Shown here: positions 1 through 14,800 of the stretch, in pieces
How the letters are laid out: every line of letters begins with the position of its first letter
Numbering within the stretch: position 1 is the stretch's first letter
NCBI GenBank assembly: GCA_964200185.2
Contig: CAXNAD020000005.1
Coordinates: 1-63,872, forward strand
From: Choristocarpus tenellus KU-1152
Taxonomy: Eukaryota; Protista; Phaeophyceae
Direction: 5' to 3'
DNA length: 63,872 bases
Notes under the pieces: generated by a model
What the model was told of the DNA's origin: nothing
The model's input: only the letters and a program-made list of their open reading frames with translations
Database searches by the model: none
Translations under genes and position numbers: made by a program

Positions 1-402
1 CTTTTACCAGGACAATTTTGGGTCAAACCCATCCTCCATAGTATGCTCCATCCTCAATTTCGCTGAGAGGCTGTTGAAGGTTCTTTCTGCAACTACTGTA
101 TAAAATGGCATATTTTTGTCCTTTCGATCCTTAGAATGCTACTCTGCTTACCTTTCAGTTGGTTTGACTCCTAGGCATCCCAATAAACATCCATTTTGAA
201 AGCTTCACGAGGTTTTTGAACGCCATCAAATATGTCTTGGTCAACTTTGCACTGTTGATCCTTCACAGTCATGACAGTCCACCACATCAAACTTTTCACG
301 CCTCCCAATCTATACGAGAACTAGGCCTTGTCTAGAGGGTCGTTTCTGATCTACAACGATATTACAAAAGTTAGGCTGCATTCTATTCTGAACGGAGGAA
401 AA
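1..402 (-). mobile_element. 5' end of a plant-type mariner element (second copy of the family at 34397-36094), cut by the window start
   Basis: Reverse complement of ~171-350 aligns with ~34475-34638 (shared AAGGCCTAGTTCTC, CTGTCATGACTGTG, AAAAACCTCGTGAA, TGTTTATTGGG..ATGCCTAG). 366-401 (AAAAGTTAGGCTGCATTCTATTCTGAACGGAGGAAA) is the inverted left TIR, followed by TA at 403-404. Confidence 0.8.
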
Positions 403-416
403 TATGTGTAGTAGTG

Positions 417-661
417 GAGTCAAAGTATCTTAGAGGGTAGAGCGAGGTCCGTTTGGGGACCAAAATCCAATGTTGCAATTAATTGATGTAATTTTGGCTA
501 TCGTGTTTGTTAGGAAGTGTCAATATCCTTGTTCCAGACATACGCATGATACCTACCCCAAAACATTTCTGAGTAGGAAATCGCCATCAAAAACCTGTAG
601 GAAGTCAAGCCTCAAACGGAAAAACAGGGCAAAACTAGTACCCTCTAAGATACTTTCCCTC
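417..661 (+). mobile_element. MITE family A, copy 1 (~245 bp)
   Basis: TIRs GAGTCAAAGTATCTTAGAGGGTA / TACCCTCTAAGATACTTTCCCTC. Internal sequence matches the copies at 42370, 61731 and 63334. TSD not retained in this copy. Confidence 0.9.
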
Positions 662-956
662 AATATGTATCATGTTCATACAGACAGGCGATCATAAAAC
701 AATATTGGAATGTTCCTTCCTGTAACACCTACCTGTGGTTGTTACACACAAAAAAATCTCATGGCAACGGGCTGCCCAATCTTTTCACCTTTCTAGAAAT
801 GAAGGTACCTGTAGGCTTGGTTAGGGGGGGTGCTTGCCTTAGCTTGCACCTTGTGGGACACCTCAGGGATTATATTGGGCTTGATTTGCACTCACTTGGT
901 ACCCTTGGCGACCATTGTTCGTAAGTAGTTTGGTACTGTTTACACCTCGTTCTGCA

Positions 957-1134
957 GCCTCAAAGTATCTAGGGGGGGTGGCAGCTGTCCATTTGGGGCC
1001 AATTTTTTCCATGTCACAATTTTTGGGTGATTCAGTTGCATACGTCGGATGATGTAGGTGCACTTTTCCTGATTTTGACCTAAATGGACCCTGGTGTAGC
1101 CCCCCCCCCCCCCACTCCCCAGATACTTTGGGTC
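957..1134 (+). mobile_element. MITE family B, copy 1 (~180 bp)
   Basis: TIR core CAAAGTATCT-G(n) ... C(n)-AGATACTTTG. Internally similar to 1418-1595. Subterminal GTCCATTTGGGG is shared with family A. Confidence 0.8.
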
Positions 1135-1417
1135 TGCACCTGTTATTCTCAGTGTGATGAGGTCCCTCTTGACGTCCCAGAAAGTGGAACGTGTTTGTCT
1201 AGTTTGATGCGTATCTATGCAGTTGAGTGGGGACGGTTAAGGACTTCCGACATGTTGAAAAAACGTTGGTGGTTGGAGTTGCGGGATCCAAGGGAACCAA
1301 GGGAAAGAGAAGGTGGGAGTGTGGCCTATGTATCTGTGTGTGGAGAGGGGTAATATCAATTTTGTCTACACTATTGTACACATAAAGGTATGGAATGTAG
1401 TGTATTGCATGGGGGTA

Positions 1418-1595
1418 AGCTCGAAGTATCTGGGGAGGGGGTGGTGGCTGTCCAGTTGGGGCTCATTTTTCCACATCGCATTTTTTTGGTGATTTGCTTG
1501 CATGCTTTGGATGGATAATGTAAGTGCACTTCTCCTGGTCAGGGCCCGAATGGACACCCTGGTGTAGAACCCCCCCCCCCCAGATACTTTGAGCC
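1418..1595 (+). mobile_element. MITE family B, copy 2
   Basis: AGCTCGAAGTATCTGGGG ... CCCCAGATACTTTGAGCC, flanked by a 3-bp direct repeat GTA (1415-1417 and 1596-1598). Confidence 0.85.
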
Positions 1596-2382
1596 GTAAC
1601 AACCACGGCTTAGAATGCAAAAGGGTCTAAACATGCCCACCTCTCAATTGATTTGACTCCAAAGAGCAGAACTTCCACCAGTACCAAGAGAAAAGGCAGA
1701 GTGGAGGTGAGTGCCTGAGTAAAAGGGGTGGGCGGTACCGGTCTGTGCGTAGTGATAATGCTACTCAGTAGAAGAGTAGCAAGGGGAGGAGGAAATAGAT
1801 GTATCTCATTGTGGTGACATCTGTTGGAAGAACTTATCTATTTGGAAAATCGAAGAGGATTATAATTGCATCCACTGCTCTCATGCACAGAAAAGAACAT
1901 ACTACTATTAATAGAACAGTACTACACACAGAGCTTGACAGGGAGGGTTGTACGAATGTGCAACTCCCTCTACCCAACCTTCATCAACAATAACCGTTGC
2001 ATTGGTTGATGGACTTTGTGCTGTGACAGTACACACAACAATGGATGGAGAGAGCGCTTGATGAAAACAGGGAAGTCTTGCATTGAGACGATAAGGCGGG
2101 ATTTCTTGTGTGTTCATTCCATGTTTCCTATAATCTTTCCTCCACTTAATCAGCACCCTGTTTCCTCTGATCTTCAGTTAAAGTGCAAGGAGGCCTCCAG
2201 CCTCATCTATCACTTGAGAATTGCTACAATCATTTAGTGGATTGTATATCAAAGACGACAACATTGTAACCTTTCCAGTCACAACCCTAGGTTTGATACT
2301 ATGTTGCTTGTGATTTGAAATGTGGAGAGATACTATCACTACCTCCATATTCCCTGCACTATCCTATAGGAGATATTTTTCC

Positions 2383-5300
2383 CTAAGGGATGTTGAAGAC
2401 CTTCTTGAGCTGCATAAGTAACTTAAGGTCATCCTTCGATACCTGAATACCCCCAAAATGACGGACAAGTGTAAAAGAGTGGAAATGTCAGTATCTAATT
2501 TCACATAGATCAAAATAGAGCAAAAAGCAAGAACGGTGATTGACGTGGATGTAAGGCAGTTACATTTCGTACTATTTTGTATTTTTTCAAGGTAACCAGA
2601 TCCTGTTCCCCATTCCATACACTCTACTAATGGTAGGAACACAAGGATAATCCCATGAAAGGAAAAGGGCTTCAAGCTTTCACTTAGCAGAATAACGCAT
2701 GTGGAGACAGACCACGAATTTCAGTTTCAAATTACACACTTCAGACTTACAACTTACCATGATTCACTACAAGACAAATACAGGAATCCGTTGACAACAC
2801 GAAGAACAAAGCTTTCAAAACGTTGGCTCCAACATGACAAAATACAGTGATACTCGCTGAATCGGGAATGCCTAGGTGTCAAAGAACACTACTCCACTTG
2901 CCAATAGATGCAGAGCTTTTTTTCAGGCATTTTCACAGAAATTGATAGTCTTATGTCACTTGAATTTGAGGGCTTGCTTGCATTGGTTTTATTTAACAAC
3001 TCTTGCCTAAAGCAATGTCGCATGTTCTAACAAGTCCTAAATGGTACATCACACTGCAGACAATTTTGAAGCAATTATTTGGAACTAGAGGACCCCAAAA
3101 TATAGTTGAAATTGGCTTCAGATAGCTCAACAGTGGCACACTTCAGGACAAACAAAAAAGCACGAAAAAGTGGGCACTTTGTCCTATTAAGAAGTCTTAC
3201 ACCTAAGAAACTATAAAGGGTGTAACCGGAACACAAATAAGAGCAACTTCTTCAAGCCTGCACATATATTCATTTACAAGAGCACAACACCAACTATCTG
3301 TGTAAATGCTGCTATGATTTTAGAAGGCACTACGTATGTGGAGTAAACTTGAGTAATTGAGGTTAAAGACAAGATCTGTAAGGATGACTAATGCGCAAGC
3401 CTGGAATGGTCTATATTATCTTACTGAATGTTGTTGCAACTTATCACCTCGCCGCGGAAGTTTTCCCTAAGTGAGTTGATCGACTCGCGGGTGATCGTGC
3501 TGTATAGACTGCCCGAGGCTGCTGTGAAATGACGACCATACTGCAAGGTGGACCCTCCATGGGCATCATCAATACGCACTGCCCCTGAGGCCCCCTTGGC
3601 AATCTTCTGCACCTCTCGATGGTTCTGTGTACAATTGAAGATATACCCGGCAGTGAAGTTATTGCAACACCATATAAACTCAAACTAAAACTATTTGAAC
3701 ATTGCATGAACAGCAGGGGTTGTACTTACTTCTAGTACAATAAGCAAGCTATGGAAACATTGGGAGGCCGCTAAACACACACACAAATATATTGCACACA
3801 ACAAGGGAATCTATATTGACTTTTAACACCCCCAATTCAATACCACACCAACACAGGTGTAGTGAAACACTTCACAAAAGTCATGTCATCCCCAAAGCTG
3901 CAAGTGAGATACAACTTGGAGTGCTTGGAGCCCCCCTCTGCACATGTTCCTGAAGTCTCCGGTTCATCCTTCCCATGTAGTAAATGCTACATCAATATGT
4001 GATCGCCAAGACATGCAATTGGCTGTACACATACATCATAGTCATTTCAATAACAAGATATAATAAATACACCATTTGAACTGTATGCAATGCAACACTA
4101 GATCACAACCACAGTATTTGGTCCACACCTACAGGTATGCAGCAATTCAACAAAGAAAATATATATATTTTTCCTTGTTCTCCTTCGAGACCTACAGGTG
4201 CTTGGACAGATGTAACAGAATTACCAGTACATAGACAAACATTGTAATTACTCACACTAGTAGCACCTCAACTCTTGCCATCCTGTTCCTCTATCTATGC
4301 CTGTAAAACTACATGTTAGTGCATTGCGCGTTCATCTATGCTCAGACCTGCTCGATGGAAGTGACACGCCCCACGCTCATGCCGTCAAGGGCAGGTATAC
4401 ACAATGGTGTACCCACCCTTAAAGTACCCTCAATAACTTCCAAACCCAAAATGATGGGGTCCTTCATGTTGAAGATGTTGTTTGCCATGATCTGCCAGTA
4501 GAGAAGAGGACAAACACCCCACCCACTGGAGTTAATACTATGATCCATTCATTGGAATTATGACCTATTAGACAACAAAACTAGTGTGTGGGAAAGTATG
4601 CAAGATAAACGGGCTGGTGCTAATCAAAGAGAATGTCACCAAAGTACACACCATAGTAACAGTTACGACATGCAATATGAACCACTGCAGAACCAATTCA
4701 CCACAAGGAAGTAGACAATAAAAAAAATAGTCATGACAGAGTTCAAGTTCTGCTAAAAAAAGAACACAACCATGCCTCAGCTCAGCTGGTCGAATGATAT
4801 GTTTGAGAAAATGTCACTTTCTGGAACAAGTATAAACCTTAAGAAGAATCAATCCCACAAAAATTTACAAATTTTTCTCATTCCCAATATTGAACAGCAT
4901 TAAGGTTGGTGCCTAAAACACTGGTTGGCTGTCTTCAACATAACTATGGCACACAAACCCACAAAAATATATTTGCATTTCCCAATTATTGTGCTTTACC
5001 AGCATGGCCGTACCCCAACCCTAACCCCCCTTCTGCACATGTATAGTAGGAAGATGCATATTATATATATTTTTTGACCATGATATCATTTGAGTCCTAG
5101 TGAGAAAACAAAACTATCACCAGGATAAATTACATAATCAGTCATGATTGATACACTTGCTGGATGGGTGTTATTAATGGGACGACCTTCAAACTCAACG
5201 AGAAAATCGATCTGAGCAAAGGCTGAAAGTTCCGATAAAATGATAAAAAAGCTAAGACGGACCTGTGAGAGGCCCATACCAAGCTTTTAAAGTCATGTAA

Positions 5301-5757
5301 TGTGCCTGTGTGCATATGTGTGTTTATTGACACTATTACCTGTGTCAACTGTATGACTAGAAAAAAGCAGAAGTTGTGTACGTCATGGATAGAAATGTGG
5401 ACATATTGTACCAAACACACCTACATGATTAGCAATTTGAGTGCAGTAGTAGTAGAGGGCACCAGCAAGAAATGTTCAGCTAACCAGTTAAGTGAAAGCA
5501 GGAGACTAGTAGCAGATAACTGGCCATACAAAAGTCAGTCACTCAACTCAGAACAGGCTGTGACTCAGCACTAAACAGTAAAGGCAAGGAGAGACCCCTC
5601 CCAACCGGAGATCACTTTGCTCAACTTCCTTCACACTATTACTAAAAAATAACAATAAAAGAGAAAACAATAAAAACACCCCAGATTCCAGCTGTATCAA
5701 CTCAACTAAATTCCACATTAAACCTTGAAATGGGTTCTCTCTCTCTCTCTCTCTCTC

Positions 5758-5804
<47 letters not shown>

Positions 5805-8800
5805 TCCCCCCTCCAACTCCAAATCCCTCTACTCTCTACCANNNNNNNNNNCCCGCGGCACTCCCACACCATTCACACCACTTAAACCCCTAGAATGGTC
5901 TCCCTCCCCCTCCCTCCCCCCCCCCCCCCCCCCCCCCCCCCTCCTCGAGTCTCCGAAATACTTGCCAATCCATTAAAGTCAGATTGCACTAAATTCCACT
6001 CTTAACACGCATCACCTTGCATATACAGGGGAAGACTGCAGTATTGACAGCATTCTGCCGTCGCTCCTCAGTGAGAGCTGCCATGTGCGCTGTGAACTGA
6101 TCAAACAGATGGTAGATGATGTCAGCAGTGAATATCCTCACCCCTGTCTCCTCCGCATAGTTGCGTGCATCGGAGTCAATCTTCACATCAAATGCAAGGA
6201 TCGTTGCAAACTCTGGTGTGCCCTGTGGGAAAGAGTGCCGATAAGAGTGAGGTGAGAATTGTACCTTACACCTCACACGACTGGAGAGGGATGAAGAAAA
6301 AAAGAGACTCTTTTTTGTCTTCAGTCCATTAGCAACTTTCCCTTGGTCAGGATGTGTATGCAACCAACCACCACTTGGTGCTGTACATATCACTGTGAAG
6401 GTCATCTACGAATCAGGGAATAGTCTGAAGAGCCTGCTAGTCCCCACCTGGTCCATTGACCAGGTGTTTCCAACCTGAGTAGCATGAAACAGAACATGTA
6501 ATCGAGAAACTCAAGTTGTCCATATAAAAAATGCTTCCTCGAGCAGATAGTTTGACATAAAAACACACCACTGACTTTTTGTCTCCCAGTCAATGTGTTG
6601 CATAAAATTCTATACTAGCCTCTACTTGAAATGAACAATTGAGGACTTTTCTATGCTCAACACCAAACAGAGTCAGCCTACTATTGCATAAATGCCCTCC
6701 CAAACATAAAACAGCTTTCCTTTTCAATAATTTACCCAACCAATGACAATCTTTCACAACTGTACTAATAACACATAACATACACTACATACTGTGTGTT
6801 GTTAAACAAAGCAAAGTGATGATAATCCAAAATCAACTTCAACCTTCTGTTCAGGTTGGATGGTGACTTACTGTTGCTGCAGCTCATCATCTTCCAAAAT
6901 ACAAAGGAACAAACATACATATGCCCATTAACTCATGTAGCAATTCCCCAAAACAGGAGAAAGACCTCCATTCGCAGCCTCATCACTAGTAAATTCCATA
7001 CTCAACTTCAACATTTCAAAACATGATTAATAAAATACTATATATATAGTTCAAAATACTCTTCAAGTCACGCCAGTCTGGTCACTTACACATAGCAGCC
7101 TAATGAATCACGATGGTCAAGGACACATAAGAACCTCAAGAGTAAACATCAGGCCAACTAACAAACAACTGTTTATAATTAGAGAGTTACTCAAAAACTG
7201 GGGACACACAACCATCTCCATGATCACACCCCCCACCAACCCCTCTGCCTCACCTTCTCAAGCATGATGCTGGCCCTCATGACGTCCTTTTTGAAAACTG
7301 ATCCGATCCCTACTGCTGACACAGGAATAGGTGGGTCACACTCCTTCCTAAGGAACTGCATCAGTGCTTCCAAGGCACCCAGAGTAGATGCCTGCACCAT
7401 TACCCCCTTGGACTCCACATCCATCTTCATCAGGTTGGTGAAGTCACGCATCACCTGGAATATGATTAGGACAATTGGGATAATTCAGGCATGTTTAGAT
7501 TTGCCACAGGTATGTTTAGATTTGTCACAGGCATGTTCAGACTACTGACCACAACCTTCAAACAATTTCAGAAGACTGATACACAACTCGAAAAAAAACA
7601 CCTTATGATTTTTTTGCAGTGTGTTTGAGTTAGGATATAGCTAGAGGGACTTACTCTACTGATAGGTACTTCTACCATTACAACCAATGTCATTCACCAG
7701 TCACAGCCAAAGGCCTTACCTGTGCCAGTTTACAAGGCAACTAATGAGTATGTCACTTGACACTTCCATCTTCACATTATGTTGCCTCACAAGCAGTCTA
7801 TGCTAGATATCCTTTTTCCAGTGAAACAAACCAAATCCTATACTGCTGATGTCAAATACGTCACTTCCACTACACTGTACTATAATACCAACACAAAGAC
7901 TGTACTACATCATAATATATTTATTGACCCAGGACGAACCTCCTCCTTGATGTCCTCTTCATTATCCTCCGGCCCCACAACCATGATTGGTGTTCCGGCA
8001 ACGGCCTTGTCAATACCCTGAGCACAAATCTTGACACCAATGGCGCCATAGATGGACTTGTGATGGATGTACTCACTTTTCACCTTGGCAATTCAATACA
8101 AGTGATGAAACATTAAGCTTGATACTCCAATCGCTCACAACACACAAATCAAACGGGTCATCTGAAGTATAGCATCCAATAGATTGATTGCAAGTATGAC
8201 ATACTGATAAGGCATTCAAACTTCCACACACACACACACACACCACACTTAATATTAAAGATTGCTCTACTTGCAGTTGTATTTATTCACATTTATTCCT
8301 CCTCTTATACTACTAATAGCATGCACCAATAATGCTAAAATACAAACTTTTGATAGAATCTAATCACAAGTACCGAGGACCTGTCCAAGAAGTACAACAG
8401 CATCAGTACAACAATGGTAAGTTCCCACCATCACAGTTACCTCATTCTCGCTTTTGATTGGGTACTTGACGAAATTCCCCTCGTAAATATCCCCCACATG
8501 AGAAACACACGAATGCACAAACACAAGAAAAAAAAATCACAGCTCTACCCAGCACCCCAACTAATCCATAAACAAAAAGGGGCAGATTTTGTCCGGTTGT
8601 CTCTGAACTTCTAATATCTAAACTTCACTTGATATTCTGTTCAATGTCGATTCTCATTACATTCAATGTATGATCTTATTGTCTTTCCTCTCACCCTGAG
8701 CTCCCTGCTAGGAGGGGGGGTGAGGAGAGCCCGTATGGTAGTGACTACTGGTCCATCCAGAGTACACACCACCATTGTGTCTCTGTTGTCAACATTGCAA

Positions 8801-11800
8801 AATTAAAAAATCAGCACCACGTGTGCAGAACAAAGCAACGCAAAGGTTAGGGTTGTGAAGATGAACAACTTGTCATCTGGTTGGAAAGGGGAAATAAGGG
8901 GACAAAGAGCATGAGCTTCACCAATGATGTCACTACACCTCAATCAAACATGGAAAAAGTCAAGCCAATGTTGTCATTACATAACCACTCCTCATCGATC
9001 ACGGGTATTACAACAATAATAATAATATCGCACCTTACTCACAGAGTACGATAATTGCAACAGACAATGAGAGCCAAAATTTGTAACTAAAGGCAATTAG
9101 AGGTTTGACTGTGATGCACTTGCTTGATAGCAGTCACTGACAAAACACCAGTAGACTATTCATCAAAAAATTGATACCAACCGGCCGTTTCTCCCGCTGT
9201 TCTGTCTCCCCCCCTTGCCCCAACCCTAAGGCTTCCCATTTTACTTCTAACCGCTCAAGTATCACAACATTGGAGGGAAAGGAAGAAGAGCAACGATTTC
9301 TGTACCCAAGAACAACATACCTGTGAACGCATTTCGCAGGTATCACCTTGACACGAAACAACCTCACACACACACACAACCCTAACCCTAACTAATATAC
9401 TTCATATTTTCAACACAGCAGTACAATTATTCTATGAGATTATAAAAACTATAGTAACAACATCAGCAACACAAGATTAATGCACACCAAGAACCTTCAG
9501 ACACAGTAACTCATTCAAGAGGCAGGAAAATTCATATTGACCACCCTTCACTGGCACACACATGAAGTAGACAAACACCCAGCTCAGGGTACACGTTACT
9601 GTGGTATTCTCACAAACCTACCTGGAATAAATGCATCCTTTCCTGCATTCAAGCAAAAATACCTCCACAAAAAGGGTAATGAAACCCAAACAACAGTGAC
9701 ATACCAACTCAACAGAGAGAGGGATCAAGCACGGAAATCACATACACAGGTGTTGGGGGTACATATTCCACACATGAACCCGCAATAACAAGGGATACAG
9801 TCAGCAAGTCAGTTTCAGACACCAGTGTGGTTGCAACAAACTTGTACTGACCCCTCCTTGAGTTGTCCATTGACAATGATGACATCCACTGTCATTCCAA
9901 GGCCTTCAATGGCTTTCACCTCCAATACCGTGCACTGCAGTAAGTTAGGCATGAACATTATCTTCTCTGTCAGCCGTTCCTGAGGGGGAGAAAAGATGGA
10001 AGAGTAATATTAAAACTTGTATGCTATCATAAATAGGTTCAAATAGGTTAGGGTTTACAAGAGGTAAAACATTTCTACTACCAACAGCACCTACACCCGT
10101 CTAAACTTCAAAAGGAGATGCAGGTTATCTACAATATTTCAACGTGCACGTTGCACTTTCTCAAAGACACCCTGAAAGAGAGGATGTCAGTTTCAAGAAT
10201 CCTTTCTCAAACTGCATCACTCATTTAAATACACTCAATACATCTATCATAATCTTCAAGTAGCTCTTGTATAGTAGATTTTAAATTGATAACCCTAACC
10301 CTAACCCTAACCGAATAGGTACACCGTTTCAAATCGCCAAACATAGCAGTTACACCCTCTCAACTACACTTATCGTAAATAAGGTGGATCTATTGTCTTT
10401 GTACAACAAGTATCACTTTGTAACAAAGACAACCAACCTGAAATTCTATTTTAAAAATGTTGGTAACAAAAACATAGACAACACTTTAATATGAATATGC
10501 CCCCTGACATTTCGCAGATGTTTCAGGGAAAAATTCAAATGAGTAACACAATGACCCAACCTGTCAAAAAGTAAAAACAGTAACAGCAGTAGTAGTCGTT
10601 GTCATAAATGTGAAAAACACCCCTCTATAATTTATTTATTATTTGAGTCCTACTACATTGAATTATTATGCCCTCTGACACTTTGCACATATGTCAAATA
10701 AAAGGCCAAACCTCGATCACAAGGACCCCTGTGGATAACTATGATAAACCACTCCAAAAACAATAATAAACAAGAACACCTTCACACTCGATGTTGAAAA
10801 TTAATATAACACTACTGCTCCCCTGTAGGAGACATTGCCACAGGACTGTCCTTCTTGTCTACTACAGCGGAACAGTACTAGTAGTCGGGTATTGATGATG
10901 CTATTAGATCAATCAGACTTATTGTAATTTGTTTGCTGAGGCTGCCCTTGCGGGGATTTGTGATGCGCTTATTGATTCTGGTGCAGATGCTGATTTTGCC
11001 ACAAAATTAAAGAATGATAGCTCTCTTGAAGGTGTAGAAAAAATTGAAAGGGTTGCAAAAGCATAGTGGTACATCAATTCTTTTCAAAAATCAGAAGCTG
11101 GGAACCTTCCCAGCACGATCCCTGGGCCATCCCCCACTAAACACACAGTATCCCTAACCCTAACATCTCCATCTTCAGTTCTCCTCTCAAGTTCCTGGAC
11201 CTATCTGTCAATACATGTCTTATCCTCTTGCTGTAGTGAGTCGAGAAAAGTGTCCAACAGGGATTCAATCCCACAACCTCTCAGAAGGAGACGAAGCCTG
11301 ATGGTGCAGTGCGATTGCTAAAGAAGTCTCTCTCATGGGATAGTCCAGGCATCTCCAAACCGGATAACTTGTTTCAAGCCAAGGCATACCAGGCAGAGAA
11401 CAGGGATTGGACGCGGAGACAGCAGGATCGGAGGGTGTATTTATTGGGTGCAGGCAGGGGTAACGTGGATCCGAAGTCACATCGGGGGAGTGGGAGTAAT
11501 TAATTGCTGCTGAGATGTGCAGGTCACACCACTGACCCTCCACCTGACAAGGCGAACCCTTTCTGATTCACTCCAGGTCCCGATTCTAAAATTATGGTAA
11601 GTAGTTCAAACAAGGGACTGCATGTTGGAGCCTTGCTCAGAACTGGTGTCTGCCATGACCGGCGATGGGGATGCCGACAACAAGGAGCCGGCTTGGGATT
11701 TGGGGGCAGGGGGTTCAACATTCAAGGAAGTGGATTCAGGTCCGAGTGGGGGAGCTGTGGATAAGTCTAGGCGAGAGGATGCCTGGGAAACTTTTGCAAC

Positions 11801-14800
11801 TGCTGGGGTAGATGGCAGGGAGTGGGGGTTGGATGTGGAGGAGGAAATGTGATGAGGTCACCATCCGTAACGTCGGAGGTGGTACAGTAAGCACTGGGGA
11901 GAGAGCTGCAACCCATGAATCTACAGGAGTTGGACGCGGTGAGAATGATGTTGTGTGTAGGTGTCTACGATGGTGGTGGGCTTAATATTAATAGCGAGGT
12001 TGTTTGACAGAACAGATTGTAATGCACATCGCAAATCAGCACAATGCACAATTAATCGTATTGGCAGGGATTTTTTTGTTGACATCTCCCGAGAGGCAGT
12101 ATGCAAAGAACCGGTAGTACGTAAGATGTGATTGGTAGATGACAAACCTTGGGAAGAAATGGATCTCAACAAAGTACTCCTCACCAAGACAATCATGCAC
12201 TGCACTGAGTTGCGCCTCTCTGTAAGGTTCATCATCTAGCGATCGCATCTTCTTCACCATCTGTCTCAATTTCAATCAGCAGCTGGATCTTCACCCACAA
12301 GCAGATGAACGATGGTCCTTTCCATAATTCCATCTCAGGTAAAATGGATCCAAAGAGCCTCATACCCTTCAGATGGGCCATAGTAATTCTTCACTGTCTG
12401 CCTTGCCAAACCACTTAACACTTATCAACAAGCCTCCCTTAAGGTGATGAAGGATCAATTTTTTCGCCTTACACATAATCTACATTATGTTCAACGCACT
12501 TAAGGAATTAACCAATGCACTTATATAGAAGAGTCGGGAAGCATCAAATTCTTTAACACTTGCAGATACAATTGACTGACAACACTCAAAACTCTTCCCT
12601 CAAGTCTGATGACAACCACCCTCTTGCCCTCTTACTGTCTTCTGCTCACTCCCTCTCCCCAACATCAACACCCTTTCAGATAATACCAACTCCCACGACG
12701 AGATCACTCATTTACGCCTCTACAGATCGATGACTGACCTGAGTGAGTCTGACCAACCATAGAAGAAGGTCAGGGATGCCCTCTCCAGTAATAGCCGATG
12801 TGGGTACCATTGACACAGTGTGGAGAGGGTCGTCGTTCTCCCAGTATAGCTCAGTGTTGAGTCCCTTCTCCATCACCTCTATCCACACATTACAGTTACA
12901 GCATTGAAGAGCAACATGGGTTGAAAATTAATCTAACCAAGAGTACATTGCTCTTCATTTACACAAAAAAATCATATTTTCCACTTGAGGCCTATCATAA
13001 AAAAAATACTAGATCCAAATTAATGCCCACCCAGGTGTTGAAAACCACATTTATCGATGCTAATAATAATGCAAATGGAAGGTATGATGCCAGGAAGGAG
13101 ACACCTGTACGAATGCGTGACGCACGGTCCTCAAACTCAGCCATTGTGTTGGGATCCTGCCTCTCAAGGGACTGCCGTGCAGGTGCATCATTGACACCCT
13201 TCCAGGCGTAACAGCGGTCCACCTGTCGACAGGCGTTATTCTGAGTGTTAAAAAATAAATTATACTCTACGCGTAACCGTCACTAGAAGAGCTAATTGTT
13301 AACAACTGAAACTGTAATTTTAGTTTAGTTTTTCATCTTTTGGGGGTTACCCACAGAGGAGAGGAGCGTATGGACGAAGATGTCCAAGGACTCGGGAAGG
13401 TAGAAAACACAGATGAGAAGCAACGGAGAATGGGGTACTCTCATTGGTCAAAATGATTTCCTTACTATACTCCTATTCATAGAGATTTGAACTTTTTACA
13501 CAGAGCCAACTCACTGGATGCAAAATATACCTGTTTTGTAATCGAAGGCCTAAGACACCAAACGGGAGAGTAAGTATAGAGGAGTTCTTTTAATTTCAAT
13601 TTCTATGGTCTCTTAACTCTGTTGACAAAACCTGTCATTCAATTAACCCTCTGCACACCTATCACTTAGAGTTAAATGAACGCCTTCCCATCAGTCTCTC
13701 TCAAAACTGGTTCATACTCTGGTATTTTGTTACCTTTCTGATCACATCATCATACACACCACAAACATGACACAGCATCTAACACGGCACCACATCTACA
13801 ATAAATACTCAAAAAATATATCTATACACTGGATCTGCATAGACTGTAGCAGGAATGCCTGAGCCCCTCTCTCCTGATTTGACATCACATCACAATGTAT
13901 TAAGTGTATCTGAGAGCTATGCCTGCCCACCTTGTTTAGTGCAATGACAAAGGGAGTACGCTTTGAACGAAGAAGGTTGAGGCTCTCAATAGTCTGAGGC
14001 TCTAACCCGTGCATCAGATCCACTACAAGGATGGCCATGTCACAGAGGGAGCTTCCACGTGACCTGAGGTTTGTGAAGGACTCGTGTCCTGGTGTGTCAA
14101 TGACAAGCATACCGGGCAGCTTAATCTGCACCCCCTCTGTCTTGTTCAGCTCTGCCACCTGTAACGGAATCCACCCACAAGGATCAATTCAACAATTAAA
14201 ACATAAGGGAAGGAATGATGGATAGGGCTATCGTTAGCTGTACATACGATAAATACACCCAAGTGGTAGTCAAAACGCACACACACTGGGATAGAAATTG
14301 AAAGGATATTGGACTACACATATAAATATAAATATAATTGAGATTAGAGTATGGGAGATGCTATATATAACTTGCAATAAATGAAGTGCCCTTCCTCCCC
14401 CCCACACCCCCCATGTTGAAACTGTCAACACACACAATATACACACACGATTTAGAAACTACAGGCACAACCCTAATCCTCCAATAAAAGTTCAGAACTA
14501 CAGTGGTGAGGTAAGAAGACTAAATGCTTTGGGGGCAGTACCCGAGTTTCTGATTTTCAAACAGCACCTAGTGGTGACTCTCTTGTACGGAACAACAAGC
14601 CAAGACTTATCATGCGTTTAACAAATTAACACAAAGGGGTTAATTAAGGCAGCATGTATTGACATTGCCAGTTGAGGGACATTCTGGTGTAAGACCAGGA
14701 AGAGCCAAAGTTTAATCTGCACATTCTCTAGTGCTTTTTGTCTGTATGTTGCATCGTAACACAAAATTTGATTCATTTTGAAGCAAGGGAGTGCCCCTTC

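Noticed and set aside
470-697. Recurring short ORFs ending VPSKILS (470, 42459, 61608, 63422)
   Set aside because: Chance translations of MITE family A and its TIR, not a peptide family.
5700-6005. Poly-C tracts, poly-proline ORF 5725-5976 and near-duplicate sequence around an N gap
   Set aside because: Sequence either side of the gap looks like low-quality duplicate reads. Assembly artefact inside an intron.
6968-6990. CCATTCGCAG matching the U14 snoRNA domain A
   Set aside because: On the strand opposite the host transcript, without properly spaced C/D boxes or domain B.
10487-10698. Degenerate ~40-bp direct repeat 170 bp apart
   Set aside because: Low identity in AT-rich intron, with no ends or TSD to define an element.
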